Assembly: GCA_963664825.1 (NCBI GenBank)
Contig: OY761614.1
Span: 1,024,001-1,088,000 of the forward strand
DNA from: an uncultured Holophaga sp.
GTDB taxonomy: Bacteria > Acidobacteriota > Holophagae > Holophagales > Holophagaceae
DNA length: 64,000 nucleotides
Direction of reading: 5' to 3'
Shown: positions 58,858 through 64,000 of the stretch, one piece after another
Position numbering within the stretch: position 1 is the first letter of the stretch
How the letters are laid out: each line of letters opens with the position of its first letter
Program-made: the position numbers and the translations under genes
Notes under the pieces: generated by a model
Seen by the model: the letters and a program-made list of their open reading frames with translations, nothing else
Database searches by the model: none
What the model was told of the DNA's origin: nothing

Positions 58858-60051
58858 ATGGCCTCTGCCCGCCCTCCCACTGGCATCGCCGCCCGCCTGG
58901 GCTGGGTCTCCTTCTTCAACGACTTTTCCAGCGAGGTTCTGGCCCGGGTGCTTCCCCTGCATCTGACCTTGACCCTCGGCATCAGCCCCGCCTTCCTGGG
59001 CCTCATCGAGGGCCTAGCCGAAAGCATCGCAGTGCTCTTGAAGGGCGTTTCCGGCTGGCTTTCGGACCGCTTCACCAGCCGCAAGAGCTTCGTAATGGGG
59101 GGCTACGCCCTCTCCGTGGCCGCCCGAGCCTGTTACTTGGCGGTGTTCTCGCCGACCCTACTGGGCCTTTCCCGAGTCCTGGACCGGGTGGGCAAGGGCC
59201 TGCGAGGCGCCCCTCGGGACGCCATGGTGGCCGATGCCGCAGTCTCCGGGAAATCCGGCCGCGACTTCGGCATCACGCGGTTCCTGGACACCCTGGGGGC
59301 CATGGCGGGCCTGGCTCTAGTCCTGATCCTGGGCGTGGGTCATGGCCCCTTAGGCGCCACCACCTTCCGGATATGTGCATGGATCGCCCTGCCCCTGGGC
59401 ATAGCGACCCTGGGGTTGCTCATCTTTTGGGTGCCCCGGATCCCCCGCGCCACCCTTACCTCGAACCGCTTGGCCTGGCGCCTCCCCAAGGAGATCCGAG
59501 GCTACCTGCCCATCGTGTTCGTCTTCGGGCTGGCCAATTCCAGTGATGCCTTCCTGGTGATCAAGGCCCAGCGGGTGGGCTTCGGGTTCCGAGAGATCCT
59601 GGGCCTGTTCCTCGTCTTCAACGCCCTGGCCGCAGCGCTCGCCGTGCCCGTGGGAAGGCTCTCGGATCGCTTCGGCCGTGTGCGTTTCCTGGCTCTCGGA
59701 TGGGCGGTCTACGCCATGGCCTATGCAGCGATGGGCCTGGCCTCCTCCCGCGGGACCTTCGCCATGGCCCTCCTCGGGTATGGGGCTTTCTACGGCCTCA
59801 CCGAAGGCGTGGAGAAGGCCCTTCTGGCGGACCTGCTGCCCGCCGAACAACGAGGCACGGGCTTCGGAGCCTTTCAGACGGCCCTGGGCCTAGCCGCCCT
59901 CCTGGCCAGCCCCCTGATGGGCCTCCTGATGGCGCGACGGGGCACCACCTTCGCCTTCCTGGTCGCAGGCGGAACCGCACTGGCGGCCATGCTGGCCCTG
60001 ATCGCCTGGTCAAACCTGCGCAGAAAGCAGCTTTTTTCAAAAAAGTCTTAA
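58858..60051 (+). CDS. MFS transporter
   Basis: About 12 TM segments; SFFNDFSSE, GLIEG, GWLSDR, DRVGKGLRGAPRDA and GRLSDRFGR. Confidence 0.92.
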   Translation: MASARPPTGIAARLGWVSFFNDFSSEVLARVLPLHLTLTLGISPAFLGLIEGLAESIAVLLKGVSGWLSDRFTSRKSFVMGGYALSVAARACYLAVFSPTLLGLSRVLDRVGKGLRGAPRDAMVADAAVSGKSGRDFGITRFLDTLGAMAGLALVLILGVGHGPLGATTFRICAWIALPLGIATLGLLIFWVPRIPRATLTSNRLAWRLPKEIRGYLPIVFVFGLANSSDAFLVIKAQRVGFGFREILGLFLVFNALAAALAVPVGRLSDRFGRVRFLALGWAVYAMAYAAMGLASSRGTFAMALLGYGAFYGLTEGVEKALLADLLPAEQRGTGFGAFQTALGLAALLASPLMGLLMARRGTTFAFLVAGGTALAAMLALIAWSNLRRKQLFSKKS

Positions 60052-60131
60052 CACAATGTCAATCACACCTTCCCCTTGCCCCACACCGGAGGGGGGTCTG
60101 TCAGACTGTCCCGGCGATCAATGGAGATCCC

Positions 60132-61619
60132 ATGAGTGATGTCATTTCTCTCAATCCGAACAAGCTCGTGCGCGCCCTCGGGAAGCCCGCGGCCGAGCTC
60201 ACCAAGCAGGACATCATCCGGTTCATCGAGCAAAACGATATCCGGATGTTCAACTTCCGCTACGTGGCCGGGGACGGGCGTCTCAAGAAGCTGAACTTCG
60301 TCATCAATAGCCGGGCCCACCTGGAGAAGGTGCTCTCCATGGGGGAACGGGTGGACGGCTCCAGCCTCTTCCCCTTCATCTCCGCCGATTCCAGCGACCT
60401 CTACGTGGTGCCCCGGTACCGCACGGCCTTCGTCAATCCCTTCACGGAAGTGCCCACCCTCGACTTCATCTGCTCCTTCTACAACAACCAGGGCGAGCCC
60501 CTGGAGAGCGCCCCCGAGTACATCCTGCGCAAGGCGCAGAAGGAACTCAAGGCCAAGACCGGATGCACACTGGAGGCCCTGGGCGAGCTGGAGTACTACC
60601 TCTTCTCCGAGGTGGATCGCATCTATCCGATCATCGAGCAGAAGGGCTACCACGAGAGCCACCCCTTCTCCAAGTGGGGCCTGGTGCGGCGCGAGGCCAT
60701 GCAGGTCATCAGCGAAATGGGCGGCATGATCAAGTACGGCCACGCGGAAGTGGGCAACATCATCTTCGGGGATCTGGAGATGGTGCAGCACGAGATCGAA
60801 TTCCTGCCCGTGCCCATCGAGGACGCCGCCGATCAGCTGGTGACCGCCAAGTGGGCCCTCCGGGAAGTGGCCTATCGCCATGGGCTGGAGGTGAGCTTCG
60901 CCCCCAAGATCATCGTGGGCCAGGCCGGCAGCGGCATGCACTTCCACACCCGGCTGGTCAAGGACGGCGTGAATCTCATGGCCGACGAGAAGGGCCTCAC
61001 CGATACCGCCAGGAAAGTCATCGCGGGATACCTGATGTGCTCGGAATCCCTCACGGCCTTCGGCAACACCGTGCCGACTTCCTTCCTGCGCCTGGTGCCC
61101 CACCAGGAAGCGCCCACGAGCATCTGCTGGGGCGACCGCAATCGCTCCGTGCTCGTGCGCGTGCCACTGGGCTGGGTGGGCGTGGGCGACAGGATGCTCC
61201 GGGATGCCAATCCCCTCGAAGCCCCCGGCACGGGCATCTTCGAGAACAATCAGACCGTGGAAATCCGCAGCCCCGATGGGTCAGCCAATGTCCATCTGCT
61301 CCTGGCGGGTCTGGCGGTGGCCGCGCGCTTCGGGATGGAGCACCCCGACGCCCTGAAGATCGCCGAAGAGCTCTACGTCCGGGCCGACGCCAGCAAGATG
61401 GAGGGACTCAAGCAGCTTCCCGCCTCCTGCTTCGAGGCCGGCCAATGCCTGAAGCGCGACCGGGCCCGCTACGAAGCGGCGGGGATCTTCCCAGCCGGAC
61501 TCATCGATGCCCTGGCCCAGAATCTCCAGTCCTTCGACGACCAGGACATGAGCGAGAAGCTCTTCGGCAACGCCGAGAGCCTCCGCCTGCTCGTCCAGAG
61601 GCATCTGCACTGCGGCTGA
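60132..61619 (+). CDS. glnA: Glutamine synthetase family protein (GSI-like)
   Basis: GGAG SD; VDGSS, ELEYY, HAEVG...QHEIEF, FAPK...AGSGMHFH, RLVPHQEAP, NRS.L.RVP and EIRSPD. Confidence 0.85.
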   Translation: MSDVISLNPNKLVRALGKPAAELTKQDIIRFIEQNDIRMFNFRYVAGDGRLKKLNFVINSRAHLEKVLSMGERVDGSSLFPFISADSSDLYVVPRYRTAFVNPFTEVPTLDFICSFYNNQGEPLESAPEYILRKAQKELKAKTGCTLEALGELEYYLFSEVDRIYPIIEQKGYHESHPFSKWGLVRREAMQVISEMGGMIKYGHAEVGNIIFGDLEMVQHEIEFLPVPIEDAADQLVTAKWALREVAYRHGLEVSFAPKIIVGQAGSGMHFHTRLVKDGVNLMADEKGLTDTARKVIAGYLMCSESLTAFGNTVPTSFLRLVPHQEAPTSICWGDRNRSVLVRVPLGWVGVGDRMLRDANPLEAPGTGIFENNQTVEIRSPDGSANVHLLLAGLAVAARFGMEHPDALKIAEELYVRADASKMEGLKQLPASCFEAGQCLKRDRARYEAAGIFPAGLIDALAQNLQSFDDQDMSEKLFGNAESLRLLVQRHLHCG

Positions 61620-61631
61620 TAGGGTCCGAAC

Positions 61632-63785
61632 TCAGATCAGCGGCGCCAATAGTTCCCGGTAGACGGGCATGGGCCAGAGCCGGGCGGCGCAATCCTTCTC
61701 GGCCTGGTCCAGCAGCAGGCGTAGGGCTTCTTGAGCCTGCTTCACGGACTTCCCGAAGGCCTCCGTGCGCGCGGTGGGTTCTTCCACCGCTTCCGCAGCC
61801 ACCATGGCGGCCTTGAGGGCCACCAGGCGTTCCTGGGCCTGGCCCACCAGATGCGTCTGCCCCTTCAGGGCGGCTTTCAGGGATTCGGGCACTTCGATCC
61901 CGGCGGCCCCCAGCTTCACCAGCGCATCGGCGCGTAGCCGCAGATCCTCCAGGAGGGCCGGCAGCACCAGGGTCTCGGCCATCTCCCGCAATACCTGGGC
62001 CTCGATGGAAAGGGTCTTCTGGTATTGCTCGTGGCGGATATGGATGCGGGCCTCCCATTCCTCCGGCGTGAGGATGCCCATGCCCGTGAGAACCTCCCGG
62101 GTGGCCTCCTCCTCGAAGATGTGGAGGGCGGCCACGGTGTCCCGGGCATGGGGGAGGCCCCGGCGCTCGGCCTCGGCCTTCCATTCCTCACCGTAGCCGT
62201 TGCCCTCGAAGCGGATGTTCTGGGTGTCCAGGACGGCCCTGCGCAGGACGGCGAGGAGGGCGACTGCGTTCTCCTTGCCCGAGGCGATCTCCCCCTCCAG
62301 TTCGGCCCTGAGGCAATCGAGGGCCTCCGCCACGGAGGCATTGATGACGGCCAGGGGAAAGGCGATGGGCTGACTCGACCCCACGGCCCGGAATTCGAAT
62401 TTGTTGCCCGTGAAGGCGAAGGGGCTCGTGCGATTGCGGTCCGTGGCATCCCTCTCCAACTGGGGCAGGTTGGCCAAGCCGAAGTCCAGGATGCGCTTGA
62501 CGCTGGCATCGGCCACATCGCCCCGGGCGATGGCGTCCAGCACGGCATTGAGTTGTCGGCCCAGGAAGGCGCTCATGATGGCCGGGGGAGCCTCGTTGGC
62601 CCCCAGGCGATGATCGTTGCCCGCGCTGGCGATGGCGGCCCGCAGGAGGCCGCCGTGGCGGTGGATGGCCTTCAGGGTCGCCGCCAGGAAAAACAGGAAC
62701 TGCAGGTTCTGTTCCGGCGTGCTCCCGGGTTCCAGCAGGTTCTGGCCCTCATCGGTGGCCAGGCTCCAGTTCACATGCTTGCCGCTGCCATTGACCCCCG
62801 CGAAGGGCTTCTCGTGGAGCAGGCACATCAGGCCATGCTTCTCGGCCACCCGCTTGAGGAGTTCCATCAGGAGCTGGTTGTGATCGCTGGCGAGGTTGGC
62901 GGGTTCAAAGATCGGCGCGATCTCGAACTGATTGGGCGCCACTTCGTTGTGGCGGGTCTTGGCGGGAATGCCCACCTTGAAGCACTCCACTTCCACGTCC
63001 TGCATGAAGCCGAGCACGCGGTCCTTGATGGAGCCGAAGTAGTGATCCTCCAGTTCCTGGCCCTTGGGAGGCCGCGCCCCCTGGAGGCTGCGACTGGCGA
63101 AGAGCAGATCCGGGCGCTGCTGGGCCAGTTTGAGATCCACCAGGAAATACTCCTGTTCCGCGCCGCACTGGGCGATTACCCGGGACGTGCGGGTGCCGAA
63201 ATGGGCCAGAGCCCCCTGGGCCGCCTTGCTGAGGGCCTCCATGGAACGCAGCAGGGGCACCTTGTGATCCAGGGCCTCGCCGTGGTAACCCACGAAGGCC
63301 GTGGGGATGCAGAGGGTCCTCCCGCCGGGCCCCTCCATGAGGAAGGCCGGACTGCCCGGGTCCCAGGCCGTATAGCCCCGGGCCTCGAAGGTGGCCCGGA
63401 GGCCCCCGCTGGGGAATGACGAGGCGTCTGATTCCCCCTGGATGAGCTGGGAGCCGCTGAAACACTCGATCACGGTGCCGGCTTCGTCCCAGGCGATGAA
63501 GGCGTCGTGCTTCTCCGCGGTGGCCCCTGTCATGGGCAGGAAACAGTGGGTGTAGTGGGTCGCCCCCTTCTCCATGGCCCATTCCTTCATGGCGTGGGCC
63601 ACGGAGCGCGCGATCTCCGGCGAGAGGGGTTCCCCCTTGCGGTGGGCGGAGCGGAAGGCCTTGTAGATATCCTTGGGCAGCTTCTCGCGCATGGCCCGGT
63701 CGTTGAAGGTATTGCAGCCGAAATAGCCGCTCACCTTCACCTGGTCCAGAGGACTCGTTCCATTGGAAAATGGGGTCGGGGTCAT
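61632..63785 (-). CDS. Glutamine synthetase type III
   Basis: AAGGAGG SD; GATHYTH.F.P.TG.TAEKHD, DASSFPSGGLR.TFEARGYTAWD, HNEVAP, NGSGKH, DRNRTSPFAFTGNKFEFR and WP.P.Y. Confidence 0.96.
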   Translation of the reverse strand: MTPTPFSNGTSPLDQVKVSGYFGCNTFNDRAMREKLPKDIYKAFRSAHRKGEPLSPEIARSVAHAMKEWAMEKGATHYTHCFLPMTGATAEKHDAFIAWDEAGTVIECFSGSQLIQGESDASSFPSGGLRATFEARGYTAWDPGSPAFLMEGPGGRTLCIPTAFVGYHGEALDHKVPLLRSMEALSKAAQGALAHFGTRTSRVIAQCGAEQEYFLVDLKLAQQRPDLLFASRSLQGARPPKGQELEDHYFGSIKDRVLGFMQDVEVECFKVGIPAKTRHNEVAPNQFEIAPIFEPANLASDHNQLLMELLKRVAEKHGLMCLLHEKPFAGVNGSGKHVNWSLATDEGQNLLEPGSTPEQNLQFLFFLAATLKAIHRHGGLLRAAIASAGNDHRLGANEAPPAIMSAFLGRQLNAVLDAIARGDVADASVKRILDFGLANLPQLERDATDRNRTSPFAFTGNKFEFRAVGSSQPIAFPLAVINASVAEALDCLRAELEGEIASGKENAVALLAVLRRAVLDTQNIRFEGNGYGEEWKAEAERRGLPHARDTVAALHIFEEEATREVLTGMGILTPEEWEARIHIRHEQYQKTLSIEAQVLREMAETLVLPALLEDLRLRADALVKLGAAGIEVPESLKAALKGQTHLVGQAQERLVALKAAMVAAEAVEEPTARTEAFGKSVKQAQEALRLLLDQAEKDCAARLWPMPVYRELLAPLI

Positions 63786-63872
63786 GGGGGCCTCCTTCAA
63801 ATGGATAAAAGCAAAGCCACCACAGGCCTAGGACCCGTGGTGGACACGCTTGGGAGCAAGCTCTCGCTGACC

Positions 63873-63901
63873 AGATTACCAGCGTGTGACTCAGATCACA
63901 A
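63873..63901 (-). promoter_or_regulatory. Putative GSIII promoter overlapped by a CRP/FNR-family-type palindrome
   Basis: TTGTGA-17 nt-TAATCT with an extended -10 (TGg); TGTGA-N6-TCACA at 63885-63900. Confidence 0.6.
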
Positions 63902-63967
63902 GTCCAAACCCGTGAGGATAGAGATCCTGAACGCCCGGGCCACGGGCCCTGGGATTACACTTCAGGC

Positions 63968-64000
63968 ATGAGTCTTCCTCCCTACCACCCTGACCTGGAG
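63968..64000 (+). CDS. Possible start of a divergent gene (MSLPPYHPDLE...), truncated by the window end
   Basis: ATG 6 nt after a TACACT hexamer; the frame is open to the window end. Too short to identify. Confidence 0.3.
   Translation, partial: MSLPPYHPDLE

Noticed and set aside
61608..61622. GS C-terminus Cys-Gly-TGA as possible selenocysteine read-through
   Set aside because: TGA is followed directly by TAG and by the convergent gene, leaving no room for an extension or a SECIS element.
63786..63870. Sigma54 promoter upstream of GSIII
   Set aside because: The GG and TTGC elements present are not spaced as GG-N10-GC.

Overview
This is a GC-rich bacterial core-genome window dominated by translation and transcription genes on the minus strand. 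The blocks are tRNA-Tyr/Gly/Thr-tuf-rpmG-tRNA-Trp-secE-nusG-rplKAJL-rpoBC (42.3-56.5 kb) and rpsL-rpsG-fusA followed by the S10, spc and alpha operons (9.5-27.2 kb). The flanks carry clpC-bamA-skp, purA, dut, rlmB, a FadL-type porin, an MFS transporter and two convergent glutamine synthetases. A ~15 kb block between rpoC and rpsL (27.4-42.3 kb) holds pnp, pyrC, a CDF transporter, TPR proteins, LPS-related orphan enzymes and an SPFH protein. Two items in that block stand out: a coupled operon of a small 'AYVDPG' membrane peptide, a Thr-type membrane sulfatase-like enzyme and a PAPS sulfotransferase; and a 75-aa biotin/lipoyl-fold protein lacking the carrier lysine. Several intergenic RNA elements are also notable, including a two-state hairpin between rpsG and fusA, a repeated ACAUCUA motif in the S10 operon, a 185-nt structured spacer between rplX and rplE, and a perfect CRP-type box over the GSIII promoter. 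Insertions in RpoB and the gene order suggest Acidobacteriota, possibly Holophagae (inference, not checked). I saw no CRISPR array, transposase, integrase, prophage or rRNA gene. All calls come from reading the sequence; no searches or folding programs were run.
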